64,000 bases of DNA from positions 434,001 through 498,000 of the forward strand of contig OZ025797.1 of NCBI GenBank assembly GCA_964019425.1. The letters run 5' to 3'. Position numbers and translations under genes: made by a program. The notes under the pieces were generated by a model. That model searched no databases and was not told where the DNA came from. It was given only the letters and a program-made list of their open reading frames with translations. Each line of letters begins with the position of its first letter. Positions within the stretch are counted from its first letter, which is position 1. This DNA comes from Flectonema sp. DT1601 (lineage: Eukaryota). Of the stretch, positions 46,768 to 59,204 are shown piece by piece.

Positions 46768-49700
46768 TCTTGCTTGAAAATGCAGTATCAAATTACCTCT
46801 ATTGCAGGAAGAAATTTTTATTTTTATTTTTGTCACCCTCCCTTTCGATTCGCCTGTTTAGATGTGAAGATCTAAAAAAGATCTTCACATCTAAACAGGC
46901 TCTCCTCCTAGCCAAGGACAAAGCAGAAATTCTTCCAACAATGAAGGTATCCAGATACCTGACAACAAAGTTGGAAGATCTGTTATGTGATCGCGCAAAC
47001 GATAGTTCAACGATCGAAGCAACAACCGAATTGTGTGAACCATCGACATGTAAGTGTCATTCATTCATTAAGAAAGAATTTCAAGAAGACGAAACACATG
47101 TGATGACACATTCATCTAAATTAAACATCTCGAATAGACTTCGAACACTTCTATCGAAAGGAGCAAGATATCGACTCTTTGAAGACCTGAGAAGCATATC
47201 GCAGGAAATAATGAATTCGATTGACGAGTATATCATTCAATATTTTATGGATGAAAAATTTACTCCGCTGAGTAAATTCCTAAAGAATGCCATTAAAAAA
47301 CAAATCGGGAAACTTCCACAAATTGACATTGTAGATGAATTCAAACAAGTCGAAAAAGAAGTCAAGAAACTCAGAGAGCACCTTGTATTTACTAATATTG
47401 ACAAAACAACTCACGATATTGCTGTATGTTGTAAGAAGTATTATACGCACAAGTTGAGTGAACAAGTCAACAGCAACTCTGTTTATCTTACAATTCCGGA
47501 AGAACAGAGAGAACCCATAATGAAGAACATTGAAAGCATCAACAAAAAACATAAATTTCGACATCCGATAACTTACCATACTTATATGGTAATCCAAAGA
47601 TGCACAAGGTTCCACCTAAATTCAGATTCATAGCTGGCACGTCTAACAAAACAATGGAAGTTCGATACATTAACTCCAGAATTTCACCGGCACTTTTTTC
47701 TGCAACCACAGACATGGCTACAGAATTCTCTGGTATCATGAAAACATTTATGTCTATAGTTAAAAAAGTCGAAACAGAGAAATCTGATACAACAGGAGTC
47801 AGAAAATACTTCATTGTGGATAATGTTGATGAAGTTGCTCAGTACATTAAAAGTAACTACTCCTCTCTTCAAGAAATGAGAGTGAGCACTTTTGACTTCT
47901 CAGACAACTTACCACATACAAAAATTAAAGCTGTTATTAATACATTAGTCGAAGAATACATTGGAGACAATTTGATAGTTAGAGATAAACGAAGTCGAAT
48001 TGGTAAAGATTTCTACTTGGCAAACGAATTTAACGAGGATGTGCAAGTTGCTTACAATATAGAGGAGATCAAGGAACTACTGAATGTAATACTATCTAAT
48101 TCTTATATTAAAAATGGTGACCATATGTTAAGGCAATGTCATGGTATTCCAATGGGTTCTCAATGCTCTCCTCACATTGCTAATCTGTACTGCTTTGGTA
48201 TCGAAAAGAACTGGATTGACAACATCATCCATAGCAATGGTTTAAGTATTGCTAATGACAGGATAATCTTCAGATATATTGATGACTTTCTAATCTTTAG
48301 TAAGAATGAACCTACTCCACCTCCGCAAGCTGAATATCAAATGTCATACACAGATACGTCACTGGGACGCAATGACATACGGAATGAGAGTAAGATTTGA
48401 AGAAAGACCAAGAGGACATCCATTCATTCGTCTGTCAATATGGGATAAAGAACATCTGTTCAATTTTCAACCCATCAAATACACAAGCTCGACATCAAAC
48501 GCACCAAGAAGCCTTGGTCCGGGCATATTGAAAGGAGCCTTGTACAGAGCAGCAACTAATATTAACAATGACTTCGATTTATACTTGGAAATCGAAAAGG
48601 TGATTTACAGGTTACGCAGCCGAGGGTACTCGAAGAAGAGCCTCTTCCCACAATACAAAGATTTCATTCTTAGTACATACTGGGACTTTCCGAAACAGAG
48701 AGATAACCTCCAGCAATTCTTTTTCAAGACAAATTGGAGATATGACAAGGAACTACCCGTCACTTCTGAGAAGAAAACAATCCAACAGTACTACAAACTG
48801 AATGGACGAGATGACATTTATAACATGTTACTCGATAAGAACGTTGGGTATGCAAAACTAAAAAAGTGTAATAACACCATGGTTACTGCATTCCGGATTG
48901 CAAGTCACTCAATCACTAACAATCCAGATCAATGTCTAATATGTTCCACCGCAATAAACAAGAACACTGAGACACAGATTGATGCTTTGGATATTAAATA
49001 TCGCAATGGAATATTCAAAGTAACCAAATTTTGCAAAGACTTCGACAAAATACTACCCCTGTTAACATTAGTATTCTATCATACGACCAGGGTAAGACAA
49101 CCCGTGAAATAATTAACAAACATGTGAATCACGAATGTCACATGGTTGTTGTTCGTACTAATGGAGGTTATTACTTTCCAATTACAAGTAAATATACGGA
49201 AAGTGATATTCAAAAACTCTTCCTCAAGGTTGACACGCCTGGAAAATCGGCGGAAGTTACAACAGAACCGAAAACAAATGAACCTCAAAAGAGTACAGAA
49301 GGGAAGTCAACTCCTAACACACCAGATACTGATGTAGTTATGACAGATAATACTACAGAAACGCAAGAAGATGAAACGGAAAAATCTCAGATTGAAAAAC
49401 CGGTTATGAAGAATGATAGAGATCCTGAATGGGATATCTCGATCGATAAAAGATTTCCTATTTCTATGCACACTAAACCAGCTGAAGGCCTTAACAGCGG
49501 TGAGTGTGGTTGGGCCACCATTAATTTTATGGCTGATTATCTGAACATCGAGAGAATTCAGATATCTAATGTCTTTAAGATTCAAGATGAGTTGGCAACA
49601 CAAGAAATGAAGTGGTTAGGATTGGTTGAGATGTTCCAATTTAATCCTGATGGATGGTTTCACCAATTAGTCATATATGAGACAATTAAGATTCATCTGT

Positions 49701-52561
49701 CCTTAGAAATACACCACTGTACCAGCGCAGAAGATTTAGATAAAGTCAACAATATACTCAAAGAACAAAACCTAAAACGCTTCCCATTCGTTATAATTAC
49801 ACGTAGATTAGCATACACTCACTATATCTTATTTATCGGAAAAGATACAGAGTATACAGGATATGATATCATTCAACATACTCCAAGTTATGAAACGTGG
49901 AATGACATTGCCAGGATATATCCTTTGGAAACATTTGACTATCACTTCGCATTCTGCCCTACAAAAAACAATCCTATGGAGCATGGAAAACAAACAAGAG
50001 AAAGATACTCTTAGTCAAAAGACGAATGATAACGATGACACAGCACTGTTATACGAGATGTTACAGAAATTTGAAGAGGATGATATCTCTACAACAGCTA
50101 AAGCCGCAGATCCATTGGATTTGAGATCTTCGAATGAAAATACTACTCATAAGGAAGTCATTCAAGAACCAAAGGAAGTCATTCAAGAACCAAAGGAAGT
50201 CACTCAAGATCCAAAGATAGATACACACCTAGATCCAAAAATAGGTCAGCAAGATGTGGATTTGGACGATAAGGAAGCAATAGTTGTTGCTAACAAGGCT
50301 TCAAAACCCAATACTCACTTCGACATCACTGATTACATAACTTCTGAAGATCAAAAGTCAAATGATTTTGTAAGTGGAACCACAAAGCTCACTAAGTTTC
50401 CCAATCATATCTTGAACACCAATCAGAATACTAACTTATGTCATGTGGAATATGCTACACCAAATACCGATGTACATATGGAATCACCAATGACCACTAT
50501 TCTAACTGGTCCACTTTATAATACGGATACACAATTTAATTACGAAAATACAACGCTTATAATTGCAACACCGCAGATTATACCAACCATCCCAAACTTT
50601 CGTAATCTATATCACAGCTCATCTGGGTGTCAAATCATGGCGGTATCACCTCCGAGAATATACAAAGTAAATACAATTGCTGCCATCTCACCCCCGAAAG
50701 TCTATCACAACGGGGACAGCATTGTTGCCATCTCACCGCCAACTATCCATGATACTAAGAGTCCAACAGATGTAACTTCACCAACTCGGATGGATATTGA
50801 TATTGACACGGTGATTGCCGTCAATAACAGAAGTTTATATGATATTGACGTCATCCCACCACCACATGTGGATACTCTTATAAATGCCAAGAAAAAGAGT
50901 AACGACTCAATTCATAAAGCTTGCCTTACCGATGTCGATAACAATAGCTTCAACGAGATATCACCACCACAAACGGATGTACATATGGTGATCAATAACA
51001 ATTATCTCAACGTAATTGAGCCTATTGCACCACCACATACGGGTGCGCATACGGTTATTGACAACAACAGTCTCGAGACATTCGAGTATATTTCACCACC
51101 GCAGACTGGATGCCTATAGTTATCGACAACAACAGTATCAACGCAAACGAACTTGCTTCACCACCACAAACTAATGTTCATATGGAGGTCAGTAACAACA
51201 GTCTCATTGCGACTGAGGCTATATCACCACCATGTTTAGAAACTCCTGAACATCGACATGTTTTTGAAACACCGGTAAAACCAAAGTCGGGAGGCAAAAT
51301 AAAAACTCCGACAACCAACAAGATTGTCCCACAAGAACCACTAACTTGTTGGAATGGACACAATCGGGAGCTTATTTATGATTTAGCAATGAATAGGCAA
51401 CCGAACAAGATTGTTACAACATACACTTCACCATCGTTAAAAGTTACAACTCCGAAAACAGTAGCACGGAATAACACTGTTGTCATAGACACAGAAGATA
51501 TTACGAACCCCGTGACTTCAATGCCGGGAAGTTTAAATGATACCCTTGAACCTTGTTCAAAACGTAACAAAAAGTCCAGTAAACTGTCTCGTAAACATGC
51601 TATGAAGCAATCCAAAAAGAAAGCTTTCAATAATGCATCTCACGAGTCAATTATCCCTAAAATTAAAGTCACTACACAATCACGTACGCAGATTAAGGAT
51701 AAAACATCGGAACCTATCAATGAAGAATCTAGTAAGATACTTCCCCAACTTAAAGAGGAAACCGGAAGTAAGAAAGATGAGACAAAGTCGCATGTTGAAC
51801 TAGAAAAGGCAACAGAAGTTAATACAATAGTTGAGAACTCGATGGCCGACGTGCCAACGACAACATCCTCGTCAGAACCATCCTACAAAGATACAACGCA
51901 TATCAAGAGGAAATGTAAATATTGCTTCAAGACTAAAAAATCAATTATTGATCATGTCCACATATGCGCAATATTCAGAGCCTCAAAGGACTTTCCATAT
52001 TACATGGATCATGATAATACAACGTATGAAGTTAACAACAGTGATGGCTCCAACAAGATCACAATGGTCATCAAGGAGAAGAAGAAACTAAACATGCGGT
52101 CTATCAAAAGAGGTGCAAAACTAATAACACAAATTCTTGAGAAAGAGGATAGTACACTAATTACACCAAAAAGAGATACCCGCAAAAGATTAAATTCTGA
52201 AAGCCCGATTCCAATAATCGAATTTGATGGATACATGCTAAGTTGCGCATCACCCTTAGCCACTGTATTTAAAACTAATGTTAAATTATCTTTATGTTTT
52301 TATGATACAACACAGTTGTAATTTTTACAAAATCGAACATACATCCCCCCTTGTCCCCCCACCACTCCCAGATCGTTTCTCTTTTATTTTCTTTAGTTGT
52401 TTAACCCGTTGGCCTCTGGGCAAGGTAGGAGCTGGGAGCCGATCACTTCCAGCCAATACTATGAAACTACAATCTTCGCAATTGGGTCCTTACTGATGCG
52501 GGCTACCCAGACCCCTCGTGGTCATCAGTTCTGTATTTTGCTAACTAAACAAAACTAAAAA
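46768..52561 (+). mobile_element. Penelope-like retroelement (Naiad/Chlamys-type RT), frameshifted, probably 5'-truncated, with long C-terminal extension
   Basis: CKC..HVMT..LRTLLSKGARYR, NIDK..CKKYY, KMHKVPPKFRFIAG, GIPMGSQCSPHIANLY, RYIDD; A-rich 3' end. The empty site is present in the paralogous segment at about 59471-59490. Confidence 0.85.
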
Positions 52562-52869
52562 CTCCCTGTTCTCAACTCCTTTGGCGTATAAACGCAACCA
52601 CAAAAGATAAGGGAAAGAAAGAAAGGGAAAAAAAAGGGATTCTACATTCGATAGCTTGTATGAGATGTTATCGATATCAACTGTTGGTGGTAACCAGAAT
52701 CCCATTTTAGTTTTCAGCCGGTTTTCAAGCAATCAAGCTATTACTGTGTTACAGTTCTTGATAAGATAAATAGGAATAAGGTCGTCATTTCCTCTTTTTT
52801 CCTCCTCCTACGATCAAGATGTTATGGCAGCACACGTAATCCTTTAGCTTTATCAGTTTAAGTCGGTTC

Positions 52870-53165
52870 ACGGTTTCGTGCACAAACACAACTCACAAAA
52901 TATCGAAAGTAGATATCCCACAAGAATTCGACTGGTCAACTGTCGAGGTGCCTAATATCTGGAAGGGGCACATCCGTCAGCGACAGACCAATGCCACTGT
53001 GTGTTTCCGTTATGTGGAGAAATACATCCGACTGGAACGAACTGTCACCGATGCGGTGAAACGGGTGAGAAGGTCCACGCGTTCCGTGTGCCAAGGGTTA
53101 TCGCATGGTTGGAAAACCTAAAAACCCCTTCCGACCTGAATTACGTGTTTGCAAGTTTGCAGCAG
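52870..53165 (+). mobile_element. Possible 3' remnant of a LINE (degenerate zinc knuckle)
   Basis: CHRCGETGEKVH resembles a LINE C-terminal CCHC motif; absent from the paralogous segment. Confidence 0.3.
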
Positions 53166-53659
53166 CACCATTTTTTTCTTTCCTTTTTTCTTTTATAGTT
53201 ACGTATAGTTTTTTCTCCAACGTAGAAGAAACTCTTCAGATTGAAAGCCGATATTTCTTATGGTCATGATTTATTTTCCCCGTGCGACAGGATTTTGTCT
53301 GCGTTCAACGAAATATAAGATTTCATCTGAATGGTTTTTTTTAAATGAAAGACTAAAAACTACGACTGGTAGCTAAGCAAGCTTCAGACTGGGAGGGAGA
53401 GTATCGACTAACAATAATAACAATAATTACAATATAGAAACCGACAACTATTCCACATCAGAGGTACGATCAATAATTTACCTCACAAAAGACAGATTGC
53501 CGAGACAGAGCGAAGAAGAAGATAGTGAGCGAATTACTACATACTTACTGTGTTTGTTTTACACGAGCCGTGAGCGAGTCCTTTCTTAGAAAAAGAATCT
53601 GAAAATATTATTAACCAGGCTTCGATCAAAAAAAAAACAAAAAAAGCAAAAGCAAAAAA

Positions 53660-56600
53660 ATGACGAAAGGGAGCAGCGGCATTAGCAGCGGCAGCTCCAT
53701 CAGCGATTCCGAGCTAAGCTGCGACAAAGCAGTTGAATCTCTTGCAGACTCTGAATCATGGTTTGGTGAGAAATGGAATGCAATGGAAATATATAAAAAA
53801 AACCAATCTCGCGGAATGCAAGACATTGACACTACAAAAGCTGCTATCGAAAATCTTTATGAAAATGCGATATCTGGAATAGAAAATGGGAGAGATGACT
53901 TTGAGATTTCGTTGGAACAAACTACTGATAGAGCTATGAATGTGACTGAAGTCTTAGCTCAAGAAGATGAAGATGTTGGAAGTAATGATGTTCTTCTTCG
54001 ATTGGTGTGTCAAAAAACTGTAAAATATTTTATGAAGAATGTGAGAGGATTAGAATTTGAGATGTTGAAATACGTATCCCAACACAACGCAACTTTTGCA
54101 GGTTTCCAATTCGGGTTTAACGATTTCAAAACAGTCACTCTCCTAATGGCTGAGGCTAACGAAGACATGGACACTCGTGCTGCAGCTCGTTATGAAGAAG
54201 AACACTCTAGCTCATTTAAAATTAGTTCTCTCTTTTTCAAAGATACGAATCAGATTCTACGACTCCCTCCTGAAACATTAGAATCAGCGAATGGTCTTGC
54301 TGTAGCTGTAAGAGACAATGTACTGCATTATATTTATGTAGAGATTTGTAATCTTTGTACCAGTCATGATGATGATGATTCATCTGAGTCGGGTTCTTCT
54401 TCTGTTGAGGATAGTAGTATGCCTCGTGCTGTTGATATTTTAAATACTTTTAGAAATATTATACCAAAAAAGAAACAACGTCGATCTGTTTTAACAAATA
54501 TTCTAAAAACCTCTGAGAGATCTCTTACTGAAGATCGACTTGCTGCTTGCAGTATTGGATTCACAGCCAAGTCAAGACCCGTAGAACTTTTCAAAAAGCT
54601 GCAACACATTCCATTCAGTGGGAAAGAAAAACTCGACGAAGATGAAGAAAACAATTATCCTGGGCCATTTCGAGCTAAAGTAGATTCTGGAGTCCCCTTA
54701 AGTCGAGAAGCTAATTTAAAGAAGTGCAGAAAACTATTCAAACAAGGTAACATGAATATGATTCACTTTGGTCTTCAAAGAAGTGACTTTAACGGTCCTG
54801 ATATGGTGTCAAGGATTCTAAAACAGAAGGAATGTGAAAGTATCCGAGCCGATCTCATTGAGATGAGTAATTGTATTGTTTCACACACAGCTTGGAAGAT
54901 TTTTAAGCACCGAATTAGACAGAGAGTCGCAGCTGTTCCTTTATCTGATGAGGATAGCCAATACGTCAGCAAGGAAGACTTGACTAAAGCACTTATCCAC
55001 ATGGTAGAAAGACATGTCATTAAGGAGGAAGATTTCTGCGAAGTATATTTCAAACTCACAGCCATAGCTGTAGACGATAACAACGTCGACAGCACCAAAT
55101 GCCGTGGAGCCTGCGCCGCCAAATCAGCCGTTTGGAAAGATCTGTGCTACATTTTCAACGGACAGATTGACAAAAAAAAACTGTTAGTAAACTGCACGAA
55201 GAGATACACCAAAGCAATTGCTGGTCTTGGGTATCCAATCACATACGCTGAGAGACAGAGTAATTCAATAAGGAACCAGTTTTATTTTCTTTCTTATATT
55301 TTGTTTGTCATCTGTTTTACTGCTTTCATTGGAATTACAAAGGAGGCTGCTCCTGCGTTCTTCTTCAACTTTGCGATTGAAGAATACGTGGGTACAGATG
55401 AGATGGGCGACAAATCTTCTTTTTGGTTTCCTCAAAACTTCTATGACACTGTAAACGAAGAAGAATACTGGACCTGGTTTAAGGGGCCGTTGTTGGAAAC
55501 ATTTTTTAATTCAGAAAGTGGCGGCCCAGGTCTTGAAGAAACAGTTTCTTTCTCGAATAAACTAATTGGTGGTATCATGGTTAGACAACTGAGACAAGAA
55601 AAAAGACATTGTCTGGGACTCAGTGATCTCATTAATAACAATATTACATCGTGTCAACCACCCGCAGATACCAGAGCGTCAACAAACTGGAACCCAGTAA
55701 GCGACAAGCAATTGATTAATACAACAGCACCAAATACAGAACAGAAACGACGATCAGACAGTACTAGATATCCTTGTTTAGTTAGTGAATTACAAAACAC
55801 TATTCGGTTTAAGAGAACCGTTCGAGTGGCAGTTCTCTCAAATGATAAGGATATTAGTAATCTCGCAGCATACGTGTCTAGACATATTATTGAAGATCGT
55901 TTGAGTGTTTATGTTGACTTCATTGAAGATATAATTCCGATAGAGGCATTGAAACAAGTATCTGATCCCGACGGTACCATCGACGTCGTATTCGACATCA
56001 GAGACATTAGAGATGAATATGCACTAAATCAGTACACTTCAGGGTTTAAGAAGACACAGTTCTATGATGGGACTCAATCAGGTTGGTTTTTAACACCAGA
56101 AGGTAAAAAACAGTGTGAAGCATGCGCGACTACCGGTGTTAGTGCGTTGTCGTCTTTTGCGAATAGTAAAAAGTTCAGATCAACACAAATAGATGCGAAT
56201 GGTCAAAAGGAACCCACTGGAAATAGAGGAGTCATTCACAGTTATGATCCAAGATATGGAGTTCATACTTTTGTAAGTCAGTTAATTGATGGTCTGGGAT
56301 TGTCTGAAACAATGTCATCAGAAGTAATTCAAGAAGAGGATCCCCCTACAGCAACAGACCCAGTCACTGAGATTGCAAACTACACTTATATAGCTGAGGC
56401 AGCGTCATCAACTAACCAGCCTCTCATATTCTACGGAACATCATTATCAAGACTTACAGTTGGGACATCAGCAGTGAGGATTCCAATGCCGGATTATAGT
56501 TCAGATTGCTTTAACACTCAAACATCACAGTATACCTGTGGCTACCCGAAGGATAGTGGTAGTATTATCTACAGGGAAACCTTATCAGAGAAGAATCCTG

Positions 56601-58771
56601 ATATCGTTCAACTACTTGAAAGTATTCAATTTACTGACAAGGACTTGAAGACGATGATAGGATCACTTAATGAGGGAAATAATTATACGGCAGCTGCATG
56701 TTCTTGGTTGAAACAGCCAGAGACAGAATGGCTTTGGGATAAATGGGTTAGAAGAAGTCTTTCTGATGATCTCAAAAGAAGAGAAACTGAATACGCGAGC
56801 GATTGTTATGATGATTGGCATATCGAACCATTTCAATTATGGTTTAATGTTGGTGATGAGAAAGGGTACTATTCAAAGTCTGGTAATAAAACTATTCAAA
56901 AGATGCTTCAGAACTCTGATGGGTCAGATTGGATGCCGACGATGACTAGAAATGAATACCACCAAACAAAACAATCGGCCTCAGAAGGATCTCTAGAAAA
57001 TGAAACAATATGGAAACGTCAAGAACCCTGGGTATATCGTACATGTTCTGAGCTTGGTACTGCATCAGGAATCCGTTCTTACCCTGGCCTTGTGACTGAT
57101 GAGTTTAGTCAGCTGTCAACATACTACGCCTGTGGTGGTTATGGAACAGTGTTCACACTTGATCAAACATATAATGAAATAGTTAGTCAAGTTGATGATT
57201 TAATAAACAATCAGTGGATTGATGCAGCAACTCGTCAGATTGCAGTTGAATTCTTTGTTTATAATCAAAACAATCGTTTGGTAAGTAGATTCCAATACAG
57301 CGCTGAGTTGACAGCAACTGGTGGATGGGCAATGTCAAAGCAGGTCCATACTTTTAAATTCTTTCAGCAAGAAGTAACAGACTTTTCGTACTGGACTGTA
57401 CTTGTGTTAACTATTTTATTTATGATGTTTGGTATCAATGCAACTATGAGAAATATTGCTGAAGTGTGGCAGGACCGACTTAGTTCTCTACGTCACGAGG
57501 CTTTGTACGCTCACGGAAATGTGTGTCCACTTTTCACATACAGAGGATGGAGTAGAAATAGAATTCGAGGAATCGGAACAAGATTGATCTCAGCGTTTAT
57601 GGCGACTTACTTTTCTAGTTTCTGGAACGTGTTTGACACTTTCTTCTACTCATTGTTAATATGCTCATGGTTCTTAAGATATGAGCAAGTCAGAATGGGA
57701 CTAAGTGACACTAACATCTCTTGTATTAGTACCTTCCCTGGTGACTTCCAACGTATGTCAGAGTTAGCTCTCCTGCAAGAGTACTTTGATGGAGCTGCTG
57801 TGTTGTTGGCGTACTTTAAACTAATTTATTATTTGAAGGAATCGACTGAGCAAATCAGACGTCTCGTAAAAACTATTGGAAGAGCGAGTACTCTCATTTC
57901 CTACTTATTGTTATCTTTTGTTATTGTAATGGGAGGTTTCACGATATCAGCTTGGACAGTTTATGGTCCCTTGATTGATGAATTTCGTGGTGTCGCGAGT
58001 GCATTTCGAGCCTTACTGTTTATGATGATGGGTGAAGTGTCTGCTTTCTCTAGCATGTCTGATTTTAGACCAACGTTTGCGCTTGCGTTTTTTGTTATGT
58101 TTTTCGTGTTGGTTATTTCTGTGTTATTCAATCTGCTTATCGGTGTGATTACGAGTACCTTTGAAACTGTTTACATGGAGAGGTTTGACCCAAACCCATT
58201 CTTAGCGATGGCAATGCATGACCCAGCGGCAGCAACGTGGAATGCAACTCGAGCTAACGCGATGACGGTTTCTGTTTCAGAGTCAGCTATCGCTGGTGAA
58301 TTCCAACGTTTGATAACGGGTAAGCGAAACCGTTGTCCAAGAATCTTTTGGGAGATGTATAAAAAACTTCTCGTTGGATTAGAATCACCTGATCTCGGAA
58401 TCTGTCTTCGTTCTGCAGTTGCTGCTCGTATTATTGCCAGAATGAATGGAGCAAGTTTTGAACTTCAAATTGATGAAAGCGATGGAATCGATCAAGTTAA
58501 GTCGTACGACTTATCTTCTCTCTCAATTCGTTCTTTCATCGATGACGCTGTCGGTAAATCTCGCGCACCAATGCTTGAAGTCTTTCTGGTGGAACTACCC
58601 AGCAAGATTCTCGCTCACAACAAGGCTAAAGAATATGTCAGCATGCTTATTGATCATAATAATTGGCGTAAGAAAGTTGAAAAGTATATCAACTTTGAAG
58701 TTGGAAACAAACTCAGCGAGTACAATCTAAGACAGATGCGAAAACTTGATAAGCTCCTCTCTAGAAGATAA
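53660..58771 (+). CDS. Polycystin-2/TRPP-like cation channel with inserted OpuAC/ProX-like substrate-binding domain, copy 2
   Basis: Near-identical paralog of 39936-45506; binding-protein-like segment at about 55808-56750. Confidence 0.85.
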   Translation: MTKGSSGISSGSSISDSELSCDKAVESLADSESWFGEKWNAMEIYKKNQSRGMQDIDTTKAAIENLYENAISGIENGRDDFEISLEQTTDRAMNVTEVLAQEDEDVGSNDVLLRLVCQKTVKYFMKNVRGLEFEMLKYVSQHNATFAGFQFGFNDFKTVTLLMAEANEDMDTRAAARYEEEHSSSFKISSLFFKDTNQILRLPPETLESANGLAVAVRDNVLHYIYVEICNLCTSHDDDDSSESGSSSVEDSSMPRAVDILNTFRNIIPKKKQRRSVLTNILKTSERSLTEDRLAACSIGFTAKSRPVELFKKLQHIPFSGKEKLDEDEENNYPGPFRAKVDSGVPLSREANLKKCRKLFKQGNMNMIHFGLQRSDFNGPDMVSRILKQKECESIRADLIEMSNCIVSHTAWKIFKHRIRQRVAAVPLSDEDSQYVSKEDLTKALIHMVERHVIKEEDFCEVYFKLTAIAVDDNNVDSTKCRGACAAKSAVWKDLCYIFNGQIDKKKLLVNCTKRYTKAIAGLGYPITYAERQSNSIRNQFYFLSYILFVICFTAFIGITKEAAPAFFFNFAIEEYVGTDEMGDKSSFWFPQNFYDTVNEEEYWTWFKGPLLETFFNSESGGPGLEETVSFSNKLIGGIMVRQLRQEKRHCLGLSDLINNNITSCQPPADTRASTNWNPVSDKQLINTTAPNTEQKRRSDSTRYPCLVSELQNTIRFKRTVRVAVLSNDKDISNLAAYVSRHIIEDRLSVYVDFIEDIIPIEALKQVSDPDGTIDVVFDIRDIRDEYALNQYTSGFKKTQFYDGTQSGWFLTPEGKKQCEACATTGVSALSSFANSKKFRSTQIDANGQKEPTGNRGVIHSYDPRYGVHTFVSQLIDGLGLSETMSSEVIQEEDPPTATDPVTEIANYTYIAEAASSTNQPLIFYGTSLSRLTVGTSAVRIPMPDYSSDCFNTQTSQYTCGYPKDSGSIIYRETLSEKNPDIVQLLESIQFTDKDLKTMIGSLNEGNNYTAAACSWLKQPETEWLWDKWVRRSLSDDLKRRETEYASDCYDDWHIEPFQLWFNVGDEKGYYSKSGNKTIQKMLQNSDGSDWMPTMTRNEYHQTKQSASEGSLENETIWKRQEPWVYRTCSELGTASGIRSYPGLVTDEFSQLSTYYACGGYGTVFTLDQTYNEIVSQVDDLINNQWIDAATRQIAVEFFVYNQNNRLVSRFQYSAELTATGGWAMSKQVHTFKFFQQEVTDFSYWTVLVLTILFMMFGINATMRNIAEVWQDRLSSLRHEALYAHGNVCPLFTYRGWSRNRIRGIGTRLISAFMATYFSSFWNVFDTFFYSLLICSWFLRYEQVRMGLSDTNISCISTFPGDFQRMSELALLQEYFDGAAVLLAYFKLIYYLKESTEQIRRLVKTIGRASTLISYLLLSFVIVMGGFTISAWTVYGPLIDEFRGVASAFRALLFMMMGEVSAFSSMSDFRPTFALAFFVMFFVLVISVLFNLLIGVITSTFETVYMERFDPNPFLAMAMHDPAAATWNATRANAMTVSVSESAIAGEFQRLITGKRNRCPRIFWEMYKKLLVGLESPDLGICLRSAVAARIIARMNGASFELQIDESDGIDQVKSYDLSSLSIRSFIDDAVGKSRAPMLEVFLVELPSKILAHNKAKEYVSMLIDHNNWRKKVEKYINFEVGNKLSEYNLRQMRKLDKLLSRR

Positions 58772-59171
58772 AAATATTATTTAGGTTACTATCCTCTTCG
58801 CGCGATGTTTATCTTTTTCTTCTGACGAGTTGTTGACACCACTCACATGATTTGTGAGGGTTATAGTTATTCACTCTCCTCTGTTTTCGTTTTTGTTTCG
58901 CCACCTAACAAGGAAAGCCGTTCCTTCTTTTTCTTTTTGCTTTTCAATTTGTTACTGTTATCCGTATTCATGTCGTGGTAGATGTTAATATTGGAGAGAA
59001 TTGGGTGTCTCACTCACTCTCTTTTATTTTATTCTTGCAATCAATACGAAGTCAAGAGAGCTTATTATGTGTCAACTGATGTAGTAGTAGCCTTGTCTCA
59101 CTGTCAGTTAGCTTTTCCTTTTTTTTTTTCCTGTCCTCTTTTTTTTATTCTGCCCCTATCTTGAATAAGAT

Positions 59172-59204
<33 letters not shown>

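Noticed and set aside
52455..52500. SECIS element in the Penelope-like element tail
   Set aside because: Weak stem, and the ORF breaks are frameshifts rather than in-frame UGA codons.
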